Source: Octopus vulgaris (Eukaryota). Taken from it: 64,000 nucleotides of DNA. Made by a program: the position numbers and the translations under genes. The notes beneath the pieces are model-generated. The model was given only the letters and a program-made list of their open reading frames with translations. It searched no databases and had not been told where the DNA came from. Shown here in pieces: positions 41,500 to 55,618 of the stretch (position 1 is its first letter; the number at the start of each line of letters is the position of its first letter). The stretch lies in assembly GCA_951406725.2 (NCBI GenBank), contig OX597816.1, positions 97,278,001-97,342,000 on the forward strand, written 5' to 3'.

Positions 41500-42740
41500 T
41501 GACTTCCCATATACAAAGGCAACAAAATCCTTCCTAGAGCAACAAAACAGGCTTTATTACGACGTTGTGGGCGTTTCTTTCACTCTATTTTTTGTGGTAC
41601 CCTGCAGAACTATCTACATTAAGATCCTAATGTAGGAGAAATATGATGAAAGCCTTAAAAATAAAATCACCCCAGACATTCTAGAAAGTTTAATTCTTGA
41701 TGTTACGCACTAAACTACACATACGCTCTCTATGTCTCAGAACGTATTGAGATCGCTACACACAACCATCACATTTCTAAAAGACCTACAAATACCACCG
41801 TCATTACTATCGACACCCGTACAGCTTTTCAATTCTCCCATCGTTGTCTACTAGGAAAAATACTCAAAACTCAACACCATCTCAAGAATGATCAAACTAT
41901 GTGCTAGGTAGCCATTTGGGAATCTCTCATTTCCTAAACGATTTACCAAAAGCATTTGTCCTCTTCTCTATACTTTTCAACTTATATCTAGAAAAAGACC
42001 TTGCTAAATCTCCAATAGATATAGAAATAGATTCATGCACTAATGACAATGCTCTTACATCCTTACGCGATTCTCCAGACACTGTTGTACAATTACTCTA
42101 AGCTCACTTATGCTCTTTACAAACCTGACAACACAATAAGAGATTTATAAGAATTAACAACCTAATCTATTACTTCTCTTATTACCAGCAACCAACATAC
42201 AGCCAACCCTCACATCCATCATAAATGTATCCCACCGCCACACAGATCATACAACTCGAAACCTTCATAACACACATTGAAGACTATGTGAAATAACACA
42301 AAACTTTCAGCAACGTTCAAGAATATTAAAATACAACAACGGTGCACGAATAATGATTAAGGCCCATGAAGTACTTTGACAGTCCTCTCTGCAACCGCAA
42401 ACTCTTCTCAAGAAGTCATGTAAGAAAACAATAAAAAAATAACAATAGATAATGTGCGACTCCTACCCATGCAATGAAACAAATAATACAGAAAATGAAA
42501 GAATATATAGACATATATGGTATTTGTTACCGCTGTTACCTTCAGTTCCACAGTCCTTGTCACTACCAGAAAATATTACCATGCAGACAACATCTAAGAA
42601 TTACTACATCTCTCGTCCATACACGAAAAAGAAAAATATTCAAGAAAATAAACTTAGACATAGAATTACCTGCATTACACCCAAAGAGTGTGCTGAGATG
42701 AACGCGCTTGGAATTAGTGTGGAAGAGGGTGTAGCGACCG
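41500..42740 (+). mobile_element. Very decayed non-LTR retrotransposon fragments
   Basis: A/C-rich strand bias with weak RT-like motifs (LEQQ.G and IEIDSCTND, similar to I.SYADD); heavily interrupted. Confidence 0.35.
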
Positions 42741-43699
42741 TTGTGCCCTGACTGCATAATTTCTTAGTCTCCGCTAATGTTACTTTCAGAATTTGCAAGC
42801 AAAACGAAATGGCTTGCACACTAGAGACAGGAGACGTCAACATGTTCTGTTACATTGAACATCATGCAATTCCTTATTCCATTTCGAAATATGGTAGCTT
42901 TTGGCTTGATGATATATGGTGTTGGGGGAAAAGTGCTTATTTGGAGAGTACAAAATTGCTTTCTATAGAACTGCTCGATCTCGGCTATCTTGGAACTACA
43001 CAACAAATGCAACGCCCTAGTATTAGATTCACTGTAACTCCTTACAGTGTGATCGACCTAAAAAAGGAATAACATATCATGTCAATGTGTCTGAAGTATA
43101 ATTTTCTGCAGTGGAACAATTTGGGAAATATCTTGGAAAGAAGTACAGTCTATTGAAATCAACTTCAGTACGTTAGTGGTAAGAGCAACACAGTTGCTCT
43201 GTTAACATAAAGGAAGGGAAGTGAACACTGCATGACACCCCACCGTTTCTGCTTCACTCCCGTTCTATTTTTAATAAATGCAAAATATTGAAATAATATA
43301 ATAATTCTCGGATCAAATATATAGCGCCCTCGGGTAAAAAAAAAAAAGGAAAACTGTAAAATTCTTGATAGAAAAAGAGCTGCAAAGAAAAAGGAATCGC
43401 TATAGAAATCAGGCTTTCTCAATATAATTTAATTACTATCACCGTGTGATTAATTTTTTTACAAAATTGATATAATCTCTTTATTCTTTTGCTTCTATCT
43501 TTGTTCCTGCATATTAAATTTATTCCTTCAATTCATGTTTGTTAATATTTCTGTAGAAACTTCGCTTGCATTAAGTTTTGTTTTGTTTGTATTTTGTCGG
43601 CTTTTTAATATAAGTAGCCAGTGTATGGTCTCTATTTATTTAAGCTTTAATATTTTCAACTAAGGAAAGAAACATTTGATACCTTCAAAGAAGAGACGG

Positions 43700-44800
43700 A
43701 TTATATATTTTTATGAAGATCATTGCTTTACCACCATAAAATGAGGCTTAGAAACATCAGATGACTTCCATTAACAAACATCCATAGAATATACTATTCA
43801 AAGGAAGGAAGAAGTGGAAAAGTTAGAACAAAATGTGTCTCGCAGGAACAAAATCTTGCGTACTTCAAGAGATAAGTAAAAGCTCATAAAATTATCTTCA
43901 GTAACAGGAAAACATTTCTTCCTTATTGATGAATTGTATGACAAGTGGGAAAAGAAACACATTTGCAATGAGAAAATTTATGAAATAATAAGTAATTTGT
44001 AGTAGACATTGTGAAATAAAGTGTTTAATATTGGTAAAACATCTGTAAGTTGGAAAAGGTTTGAAATATATAAAGGGCATATTAGTTGAAGCAATCTAAA
44101 TACAGTGGACCCATATTTTATATCAAGTGTTTAATTAAGCTAATGGTATGAAATACTATTAGCCGCAGTCTGAAACAAGTAAATGATAAGTAAAACTCTC
44201 TCTGAAATACCATTTACATTAAGGGTTGTCCTAGATGTTACAGAAGACCAAATGTAGCACCGGCAATAACGTGAATACAGCCAAGAAATACACTCCGAAG
44301 TTGTTATTAATCACCGGAGAAAAACGTTTCATAAAGTACCTCTTCCTATCTCTCCATCTTACTTGATTCAAGATTATCAGCAAGACCCTGCAAAATTATT
44401 ACTGTCCGTAGACGATGATGTTGAGTCCTTGCCAATATCCTATTCAGAAGTGTATTCTTTCATATTCATAATTAAATCTATTGAGTGTTTATGGCAGATG
44501 ATTAAGTCAAAGATCAATTCAAGAAGTTGTTCGAGCAAGTAAAATTTATTTGCGACAATTTATAAAGAAGTTTAAAAATTAAAGCTTATATTACAGAAAT
44601 TTCACGGAGAAAATATGATTAAAAGGATTTTAATAAACTACAAACTAATCACACCAGAAACTTTGGTTATTAAAATTTTATAAGGAAAAAATATATATCT
44701 TATTTTGAGGACATCTGAATATATTAATATAAATAAAACTGAATATTATAAAAATTCAATAATTTTTAAGGTGTTTCAAATTTTGGTGGTGAATAGTTAT
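43700..44800 (+). mobile_element. Highly decayed Tc1-like transposase remnant
   Basis: SIECLWQMIKSKI-like segment at ~44475-44520 resembles NPIExxWxxxK; otherwise degenerate. Confidence 0.4.
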
Positions 44801-46769
44801 TTATATTAAATATATTCATACAGATTGATGGTATTTAAAATAATACGAATGCGTATTTGTGTACGTGAACGTACACACGTACATCAACAGCTTAACTCGA
44901 AGGTCAATAGTTAGCGTTGGGTCTAAGGCTGTTATAAATTACTTATCACTTCCCACTCTTAACGTCGCCACTGCCACGCCCAACATCGTCACCACTACGA
45001 AGATGATTGGTACTATCGGCTCCCAGCGGCTTGTTCTCCGCTGCCGCACTGTCACCACCACCGTTGCCTACCGCGACGAAAATTGTTGATGTTGCTTGTC
45101 ACCATCATGTTATTGACTACAACCAGGATATGTTCCACCAACACCATCACCGACTACTATCACGACATTTACCCCCACCGGTGCAGACAATCACCTCCAC
45201 CACCTCTGCTGCTCATCTACAGTTAGACATCCACCCCCACCCTCTCTATAACCTCTGCGGCAACAACAACACCTTCTTTTCGAATATCTGCAATTGCTAC
45301 CATATTCACCAGACTAAGCGGAGATAAATGCCCATTTGGCTATTCAAATAATAGGATCTACATAAGATCATTTCTTAAATGATGGGCATTTGAGCCTGAA
45401 ATAACTAGAGGTTTTTCAATTTCCCCCTGCATTAGAAGAAGCCCACCTTGTCTTTTTTTTTTTATCTAAAATTAGATATCTTGCCGGCTTAATCTATCGA
45501 ATAATCTATCTTAACAGTTTCATCCTATTTTATCTTTCCGCAACATTACACGATTACTTCATTGTTTATTGTGTAATTTGTTCGCGAATATGCCCTACAT
45601 GATATAATGTCGATAAACAGGTGGTTTTAATGGTGCTTGCATGAATAGGATTTAATTAAAATAACTTTTGAATGTAATATTTTAAGAAGCATTCTGCATT
45701 ATAGCTGCCTATTTCATCGGTGTCTGGTATGTTACGCCGACTGTAACGATATTCATAAAATTCTCTAGAAAATAATTCCTTATATCGCAAATAATATCCA
45801 CTGTCTGAAGATACCCGTAGCACGGTAACATTCAGGTAATTTTAGAGGGTACATTATAGACTTCAGTAGCGATTGTTATTTCTGTTTTATATTTATTTAA
45901 TTTCAGAGAAGACAAGCGTTATTTGTAATATTCTATTTAAAAATCTATTTCTTTTAAATAAAACAAGTAAATATTCAAATATTTGAGTATAATTATTACT
46001 AATTGATATATTTGCAAGTCCATCATAGTGTTATCAGAAATGGAATATCTAGACAAATTTATTGATTTCAATCAATTTTAATGTTTATGATTAAATATGA
46101 AAGAAAAAATATTGATAAAAGTAAAAGGTAGAGTGATTTTATTATAACATGACATTATTACAAAATATTAAGTTGATTCAATATCCATACTGAAGTCTGT
46201 TATTAATATACAATATTTAATTTGTTTTAAGTAGCCATTAGAACACAGAGTTAAGGAGAGAAATAGGACGTGAAACTGTGATATACATTTCATTCTTTAG
46301 CATTTAGAGCGTATCATTATTTGGATGGTGGATTTAGAGAACACAGGAACTTTGGTTTCACATTCGGCTGTACCTGGTCATCTTTAGTTACGACTTATTA
46401 TGGAAGCAAGAAACAAAGATGATTCTTATTTTTGTGTTTAATTTCAGAATATGATGATATTGCAATAAGCAACAGAAGTGAAAATATGCATGTAACAAGT
46501 ATTATAGACTGCATAATCAACATGCAAAGCAGGAGCGCTATGGTTAGTTGAAATATTTGTACAGTGTTTCATGGTATTGTTTGAGTAAAACGATCACACA
46601 AATAATACCTACATCAAAAGTACTATTAAAAGAAAGACGAACGACAACAACTTAGAATATCTTTAGCAAGAAAAGAAAGAAAGTAATAACAATGTTTCAA
46701 AATTTGGCACAAGCCAGAAAATTTAGAGACAGAGTTTAGTTGATGCATTGACAGGTTAGGAATATCTGG

Positions 46770-48480
46770 AAATTATTCATGGCCGCTCGACTGAAATTTT
46801 CCAAAACAACAAGCAAGTTGATTTTCGCGGGGCCATTTGAAGCACACCTAAGGATCTAAAAGAAAACCATACCTCGAGCAATTTAATCGGTTCCGATCGG
46901 CTCACTAGAAGCAACCACTTGTTTCGGTTAAGCTTTGCTCGTGTCACCGACTCGTGTTCCCTTAGAACAGTTCCGATCACCTCGATGTGCCAGGGCTCCC
47001 GCAATACGATGCTGACGTCGTCCGTTTATGCTGATACAGATTTTTCGCATCCTAGTTGGTGCCGGACGACTCCCAAAGCATTTAGCATCCTTTTTAGTGA
47101 CTCTAAAATCAGTATATACAAAATGAACGGCATGGAACAAATTGGATGAATTGAACGCATGATGCTCAACGGTTTTGATAAATGGCTATTTACTCTGATG
47201 ACCGAATAGATTTTGTTGTACATTGAGGCATTTGGAAACTTGATCTAAAACGGTTATTGGAAGAGCAACTGCCAATTATTAATGATTGACCAAGTCAAAG
47301 TATTTAGAGTTTTTTTTATTGCCAGTTCGACATAAGATTTACAACCACGGATATACAACCCGACCTGGCAGAGATGCGTGCAGAGCAGCGAAACCGTTCT
47401 AAATGTTATCAATTTATATCTTGCACATGTAGGCACGTGTAGGACAAATGCGGGTAACAGCCAAGTCCATAGCAAAAGCAACACCCATTTCAGATTCCTT
47501 TATTCATTCTCTCTAAGACATATTGCATGAGCTGGATGTAGCCGTGAATGGATCTGTTAGGGATTGCGCACGCTCGAGCTTCCCCAATCAGGCTAAAGAC
47601 AAGTTTCCAGCTCTTCGCTAACATTTCGGCCAGAATCAGGAAATCTCCGTTAAACGTACTTAATCAATATGCCTTTTTTTTTTGTTGCGAAATTCCCCAC
47701 CAAACCTCGCCTCACAGAAATGAGAATTCTCCCATATTATGAGTTCACGACCATTCAGAAACAATTCAATGTCTCGTGATGAAGATGATATCTTAGTTTG
47801 GGTGTGAGAGAGCTCGATTTTGCATGGTTGAGGTGGTGAAAGCGTTGCTAGTTCTGTTACTACTGTCGCTGCTGAAGCGGGAGTTGTGGTATAAGTGGTG
47901 AATTTACTCTGTTCTCTCAGGTTGTCTCCTTGTAATAGATGTGGTTGTTTTCTGATTTATTTTACTTTTTTCCCTGTTATTTATAGTGGCGGAAGTAATT
48001 TTGTTTGTAATGTGGCTGCTACCGTTCTTGGTGATAATGATGATGTGGATAATGCAATTGGTGTCTTTTACTTTTGTCATTGTCGTCAGTAATTCTGTGT
48101 GGTGAGTTGGTGGTCTCGATCTATGGTAGTGTCACCAGCGGTGATAATTCTTTTGTTTCTATTACCATTGTTGTCGCTGCTATTTTTATGCTACTACCTG
48201 TTGCATTGACATTAATGATGATGCTGCTACTTTGGCATAAAGCCGCTGTTAAGGTCAAGTAGGAGGCATCAATACTGAAGTTCGAAAGTCTATTTACTTG
48301 TCTCCAGAACTCTGAAAATTTTGATGCTATGTTTTAATAGGAAAACGTATCAAATTCTGTCCCGAAGGCCCAAAACAAGACTGAACTGTTCCATAGAATC
48401 CTGAAAAGTTTCAGAACAAAGACTTTAACAAAAGACCTTTTAGAATACTGCTAAAGGACAAAAAGTTACGAATGATTCGT
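46770..48480 (-). mobile_element. Decayed, rearranged L1/Tx1-like LINE
   Basis: Minus-strand RT pieces (LNGDF.ILA...AIPNRSI and VSAYTDDVSIV...AKLNRNK), with a plus-strand piece at ~47270-47480 similar to 58310-58510. Confidence 0.65.
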
Positions 48481-48884
48481 AGTGGGACCTTTCCGATAGA
48501 AAAAATGAGTAGAAGAAAAAGATGAAGAAGTATACATAGAACAACAAAAATATGAACAACACGAACATCAGTAACAATAATACGAATATTGATATGATGT
48601 TGAGGATGCTGATGATGCTTCTCTTACGTGATCTCTTATTTAGCAGCTGTCTCAAGAAATAATGAAGCACAATATTTACTTTTAAACTAATTTGTTTAAT
48701 ATTATTAGATATTACTTTGCGTTAGAAAACAAAACACAAATCTCTAATGAGAATTAGCAAATATTTTTAAACTGACGAAAATAAATTTAAGTTACTTTAA
48801 AGAATTCGCCCTTGAATGTATTGTATGCTGAACAAATGCAGCATATTTCATTCGAAGAACGTGTGTGATTACTATTTATATTAA

Positions 48885-50169
48885 TAATGGTCTCAGATTT
48901 TGGCACAAGGCCAGCAAGTTCGGGGAAAGATGTTAAGTCGATTACATCGACCGCAGCACTCAACTGGTACCTATTTTATCGACCCGAGAGGATGACAGGC
49001 AAAGTCAACCTCAATGGAATTTGAACTCAGAACGTAAAGACGGGTGAAATACCGCTCAGCATTTTGTCCATGGTAACAAAGCTACCAGCTAGCCTCTTTC
49101 TATTTATATTAATAATGGTTTCAAATTTTGGCACAAGGCCTGCAAGTTCAACGTGGGGCGGGATAAGTCATTTACATTGACCCCAGTACTTATTTTATCG
49201 ACCCCAGAAGGATGAAAGGCAAAGTCAACCTCGACGGAATGTGAACTCAGAGCATAAAGACGGACGAAATGCCGCTAAGCATTTTGCCCGACATGCTAAC
49301 GATTCTGTAAACTCGCTGCCTTAATATTTATATTAATATTATTTCAAATAACGTACCAGTCCAGTGCTGGGGTAAATGGTATCAACCAACCTCTTCACCA
49401 AAAATTTCATGCCTTTTATCTACGCTAACATATTTATAACGGTGGTGGATTGGCTGATGATACAGACGGTCAGGAAAATGTTTTGCGATGTTTCTTCTGC
49501 CTCTTCACATTCTCACCGAGATCAATTTTGTCTTTTTCATCCTTTCGGGATATATATAATATAGCATCATTCAAGTATCGGGGTCTATGTAATTTATTAA
49601 CTCCTCCCTTCTAAATTCATGGTAGTTACCATTAAAATGCAGGGAAAGGTAGAGTCATTATAAATTCAGAATACATTTTTTGCGATTTTTATTCCGACTT
49701 TTAATGTTCCGACTCTTAGAGTTCTCAGCTCGTTACCTAAATATTAGATATTGGCATTGGTTTCAAATTTTGACACAAAGCCAACAATTTTGGAGGAGGG
49801 GCTAATCGATTACATTGACTCTAATACTCAACTGGTACTTATTTTATTGGCCCTGGAAGGATGAAAAGCAAATTTGACCCTGGCAGCATTTGAACTCAGA
49901 CAGTAAAGACGGATGAAATGGCGCCCAGGATTTTGTCTTGCATGCTACGATTCTTTTCTGCTCTAGGCACAAGGGCTGAAATTTTGGGGGAGGGGCTAGT
50001 CGATTAGATTGACCCCAGTACGCAACTAGTAATTAATTTATCGACCCTTAAAGGATGAAAAGCAAAGTTGACCTCAGCGGAATTTGAACTCAGAACGTAA
50101 AGACAGACGAAATACCGCTAAGCAAGCATTTCGCTCGGCGTGCTAACGATTCTGCCAGCTCGCAACCTA
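48885..50169 (-). mobile_element. Cluster of SINE family B copies (four on minus, one degenerate on plus)
   Basis: Minus-strand copies at ~48885-49100, 49112-49323, 49757-49952 and 49953-50169; plus-strand copy at ~49430-49620. Confidence 0.85.
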
Positions 50170-51010
50170 AATGTTAAATAATAATATTAATTGCAAACAG
50201 AAAACGTCGAATTCATAACATCGTTATTAAATGCTTTACAAATGCAGTTTCATCCGAGATCATTTTTTGCACAATCTGGATGAAGTGGATTTTATTGTTT
50301 ATCGATTAATAGTCGATAAGAAACCTATCAGTCAGGTACTAGAAACAGATCAATAAACTACACTCTGATCCAACATCTTTGTGGACTGTGAACACGAACA
50401 AAACAACTGAAAGAATAAAGTTAATCGATATTAATATTAGTAACTGCAGAAATTTGCCAGAAATTGGAACACCTGGATAATGACCTTATAGTATATTGCT
50501 TGCAGCTATTAATTTTGCAGAATTTTGTTTGTCGAAAATATCTCCCATATTTGTATTGTCATCTCACATAGCCAAGGAAAATAATTTTCGACTTGCAAAA
50601 AGCAGACTACCAGTGAAAGAAAATAAAACATTTGATAGTCAGGCTGATTACACCCTTATCGAGTGATCAGTAATCTTATCCTTTATTATTTCCCGATAAA
50701 CAAAAAGTATATGGCATAGTAGTGAACCCTATTTTCTGTAGAGTTAAGCAGTTGAAAGAAAAGAAATTCCTGGGTAGTATATTGTTCGAATGTTGTTAGG
50801 TATATATTCATAAATATAACAAAATAAGTACTCAAAGATAGCTAAACATTTACTAAAATATCTTGTTGTCCAGTCATGCAGCAAAGAATTATATATCCCG
50901 CCTGGAATTATTTTAATCCATACTCTACATTTTAGAAAAACCCAAACCATTGATTAAGTGGAGTGAACTATGATACTCAACTAAATAAGTCACTTTTCTG
51001 ATTTCTGTTA

Positions 51011-51383
51011 AATAATTTAAAAATATAAAGTATAAAAGCCATCTCAATATGGCTAACCACAAAGGGGGTTGTTACTGTAGCTTTTTAGCCCCAGGAGATC
51101 ATCGTCTCCAGCTGGCTTTAGACACACTTTCTGTGCGCTTAAGGTATTTGCAAAGGGAGGCCATTCCTTTCTCGTAAGCCTGAGTGATACGCACCGGACC
51201 GGGCCTCCCTTTGCAAATACCTTAAGGACACAGAAAGTGTGTCTAAAGCCAGCTGGAGACGATGATGTCCTGGGGCTAAAAAGCTACAGTAACACCCACC
51301 TTATTGAGATGGCTTTTATACTTTATATTGTCGGGCGATTACTGTTTACATCTCGTTCTGAGATTTAATAATTTAAAAATATA
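51011..51383. mobile_element. Short foldback insertion homologous to the 359-bp unit (diverged family member)
   Basis: Shares AAGCCATCT.AATATGGCT, GTTACTGT.GC..TTTAGCCCCAGG, GCAAAGGGAGG and ACAGTAA blocks with the 359-bp unit. Inverted arms at ~51022-51162 and 51202-51329, then a ~37-bp tail. 17-bp direct repeat AATAATTTAAAAATATA at 51011-51027 and 51367-51383. Confidence 0.8.
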
Positions 51384-52882
51384 TCTGTAAGAAAAAAGAG
51401 AATTTTGGCTGGTCATTAGCCCATAATCAATTCTGACGGGGTTGAATTATGTTAAAAGCATTCCAGCTTTAATTATTTTTCATTTCTAAAAAATGATAGG
51501 TTATAGTTTGAGGGTAATTTGACATTATTTTCTAGCATTTCAAGCGACCTCATAGAATATATCAGCGAACTTTCTCTGGTTTCAGAGAATGATATTTCAG
51601 GACATCAAGTTTATCTCTATGTATTTGAATGTGTACCTTGAGTGTATTAATAATAGAAAATCTAGATGATAACGAATACTCAGAAGCTAGAAGCGGAAAT
51701 GTAGGTTTTGTATATCAGGTGCCATTTTTAGACATACAACTACATATGTTTACCGAATAAAAGTTTACTCGACATCTCTGCATTGGAAAAGCATGATTAC
51801 TAAAGCAAAGAAATTGAAATCCATGGGAATAGAGATATGCTAGTTTGCTTTGTTCTCCATAATATCTATTAAAATAAGACCAACGCTATAATGATATTAA
51901 GTATATAGATAGGCTTCTAACTAGTTGCACAGCCAGATAGACATAACATCAAACATACACTCCGATCCCGTCCTACTTATATATAAAGGAATACATTATC
52001 TAATTTGATTTTTTAAATTTAAAATGCAGAGCAATTTGGAAAGGATAATTTTTTTTGTGCGCGTGTGTATAATAGAGATTGTATGTGCGTATGAAAGAGG
52101 GCTGGTGGTCTGGACGTATGTGTGTATGTATGTGTAGGTGTGAAGATGTGGGAATAGGTGTGTGGGTGGTGTGTTGCGATTTAATGTGTAATGTTGTATG
52201 GTGTAGTGTGGTGTGGTGTGATGTTGTGGGGAGGTGGGGGAGGCAAGAGTGGGGAAAGTACGGGTGAGGTGTGGTTTCGGCTGTGGGTTAGAGTTGGGGT
52301 TTGTGGGTAGACAGAGGGTGGGGGTAGAGGTGGGATACGTGGAGGATGTGGGATGGGAAGGATCGGGAAGGTGGAGTAGTGGTGGGTAGGTTTATGGGGG
52401 GAAGGTGGGTATGTGAGGAGAGAGAGGAGGAGAGAAGAAAGAAAGAGAGTAAGAGAGAAGAGAGAAAGAGAGGGTGAAAGAGTAGGAGAGAAGAGAGAAA
52501 GAGAGTAAGAGAGAAGATGAAGAGAGAAAGAGAGAAGAGAGCGAGAGAGTAAGAGGGAAGAGAGAAGGAGGGGAGAGAAAGAGAGAATAGGGAAAGAGAG
52601 TAGGGGTGAAGAGAAGTAGCAGTGAAGAGAAGTAGGAGTTGGGGCAAGAGAGGAGAGTTGGGTGGGAAGAAGGAGGAGGGAGGGGGGAGAGAGGAGAGAA
52701 GGAGAGTGAGGGGGCAGAGAGAAAGAGAGAAGAGAGAAAGATAGTAGAAGAGGGAAAGAGAGTTGGGGTGAAAAGATGTAGGAGTGAAGAGAAGTAGGAG
52801 TCGGGGAGGAAGTTAGATGAAAAGGGGAGGAGAGTTGAGCCCAAATGGCATAAAACAACGAAGGGAGAAGATTAATCCCTGT

Positions 52883-55618
52883 TCACGGCGCAAACGGGAG
52901 TCCGGATGGCCTCTGTGCAAGGACAATCCGAACACAGACAGGCGTTACAAGGAGTGACCGGTTGAGCGGAAATGGCGTGAGACTGGGGTCATTGCCGAGG
53001 CGGATGTCTCGGAGGTGTTCCGCGAACCGGTCAGCCAAGCGGCGTACCGTTTGTCCGATGTACAGGGAATGGTAGAGAGAGCGATAGGGTCGATGATGGG
53101 TGCCGGTGAGGAGGGTGGTGTTGGAGAGGTAAGGGCAAGTGCGGAAGCGTGGGCGGGAGCAGGAGAACGTGCCAGGCTGGGAGGTAGGGTTGGGGAAGAA
53201 GCTGTGGACCAAGAGGTCTCGTAGGTTGTGGGCTCGTTTGAAGGAGGAGAGGGGTCGGTTAGGGAAGATGTGTGAATTAGACGGGTCGGACTGAAGATGC
53301 CGGATAGCTCGGAGAATGGTGCGTTGGAGAGGTAGGGTGGTGGGGTGGTAGGTGAGGGGAAAATGGAGGTGGGAAAATGCAGGGCGGGTTCGGGGAGAGA
53401 GAGCAGATGCACGGTCCACGGAACGTGCTCTGGCAAGGGCAGTGTGGATAGTGGTGAGGGGATACCCATGTAGGATGGAGTGGTGATCCATGAGTTGAGA
53501 CTGAGTCTCAAAGTCATGGTCGTCACTACAGAGCCTGCGTAGAAGGATGAATTGGGAATAGGGGATGGAAAGCTTGGTGTGTTTGGGGTGGGAGGAGGAG
53601 AAGTTTAGGTATGAGTGTGAGTCTGTGTGTTTGTAGTGGATGGAGGTGGTAAGAGTGCAGTGATGAATGCTGAGTGATATGTCAAGAAAGGAGACAGATG
53701 TGTCAGAGATAGTGCAGGAGAAGTGGCGAGCAGGATGGAAAGATTTGACGAAAGATAGGAAGGAGTCTGGATATTCGCGGGAGAGTGAGGTGGCACTGAT
53801 ACAGTCGTCAATATAACGGCCATATAGTTCGAGAGTGGGACCAGTGAAACTAGAGAATATTTGAGCCTCAACATAGCTAACGAGCAGGTTCGCATAGTTG
53901 GGGCCCATTCTCATTCCCATGGCCACTCCCAAGACCTGCTGGTAAAACTCGCCCGCGAACGAGAAGCAGTTGAGTGAGAGGACAAGTTCGGCCAGACGAA
54001 CGAGTGTGAAGATGTCGGGTTGGGGATTGGTTCGGAGGTCTTGGAAGTGCTTAAGTGCACGCAGCCCCACGTGGTGAGGGATCACAGTGTAGAGGCTCTG
54101 GATGTCCATTGTAAAGAGAAGTTTGGAGGAGCCAGGAGGGAAGGAGAAAGAGTTGAAAGGACGAAGAGCATGGTTGGTGTCATGGATGTGAGAAGGAAGA
54201 GAAGCCACTTGGGGGGGGGGGCAAGGACACGGTCGAGATATTTGGAGATAAGCTTGGTGGGGCAGTTACTGGCGGAGACGATGGGGCGGCCAGGGTTGTT
54301 GGGTTTGTGGATTTGGGGGAGGAAGTAAATGGTGGGGTGCGGGGGGTTCGGACAATGAGGTTAGATGCGGTGTGGGGGAGACGGGAGGACGAGATGAGGT
54401 CGTGGATGGTAGAGGAGACCGCCTGTTGGTAGCTGGACGTGGGGTCAGCGGACAGAAGGCAGTAGAAGGAGATGTCAAGGAGCTGGTGGAGAGCTTCGGC
54501 CCTGTAGAGGTCCGCGCGCCATACCACCACAGCTCCACCCTTGTCAGCTGGTTTAATAACGATGTCAGCGCGCCGTCGGAGGGAACGAAGAGCCGAGAGT
54601 TCGGCTGGGGAGATGTTGAGACGACGGTGGCGCCTGGAGAAGTTGAACCTCTCCAAAGCGCGCTGACAGGCACCCGCAAAAAGATCCTCTACTTGGAACT
54701 GGCCAGGAGCAGGCGTCCACTGGGATGGTCGGCGGCTCAGGTCAGTGAAGCAGTCCTCCTTGTTTGATGCGGGTGGAGTGTCGCGGAAAAGCGCGCACAA
54801 CCTGACGCGGTGCACAAAGCTGTGGATATAAGCACGAGTCTGAAATTCCTTACAGGATGGAGTGAGGAGGATGAAACGCAGACCCCTACTGAGGATGGAG
54901 CGCTCCGCCACAGAGAGGGGAAGATCTGGGGGAATGGTAACAACAGACTGAAGTGGAGAAGGGTGGATGGAATAGAAGTAGGAGGGGTGGATAGGATGGC
55001 TGTAAAAGGGTGGTAGGGCTGGTGGAAGGCTGGAGGAAGGGAGTGGGGATGTGTGAGGGGGTTTGGAGGGACATTGAGGTTGGGTGTTGGTGGGTGGAGC
55101 CTATCAGGGAGGAAGAAGGGTAGTAGAGGAGTTGGGGTAGTGGCATCGGGTGTGATGGAATGGATAAGTGAGTGGAGTTTACGAAGTTTGGTGCTGGCAA
55201 GAAATTGATGAAAGAAATGATTTAAATGAATTATATAACGCAACGTGTTCTGAGCATGGAAGGGCGGCAGAGAGGAGAAAAAGATGGAAAAAGCAGGAGG
55301 GAGAAGGCGGTCGATGGTATGTATTTTAGAGGGATTGGAGCGAGTGGTGGCACGTATAAGGCGGTAAAATGTGCTACGGAGCATGGGTAGGATGGATGAA
55401 GCAGAGTGGAGAGTGGGGTGTAAATGGAAGCGGAAACTTTTAGGGATGAGGCGTTGATGTAAGCAGCGGCTGAGAAATGAAACGTGGCTAGAGAACCGGT
55501 TTTTCTTTAATGAGTAAAGAGAGGTTAATGGACGGCTGAAAGCAGTGGGAAGGAAGTAAGCAAAGGTACGTTTTAGGCGATGGTGAAGAGTGAGGAGGCA
55601 GGATTTATAGTCCGGCAT
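52883..55618 (-). pseudogene. PLE reverse transcriptase/GIY-YIG ORF (split by frameshifts)
   Basis: The ORFs 54737-56053, 54180-54911 and 52883-54208 join into one PLE protein. The endonuclease region appears partly deleted. Confidence 0.9.
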
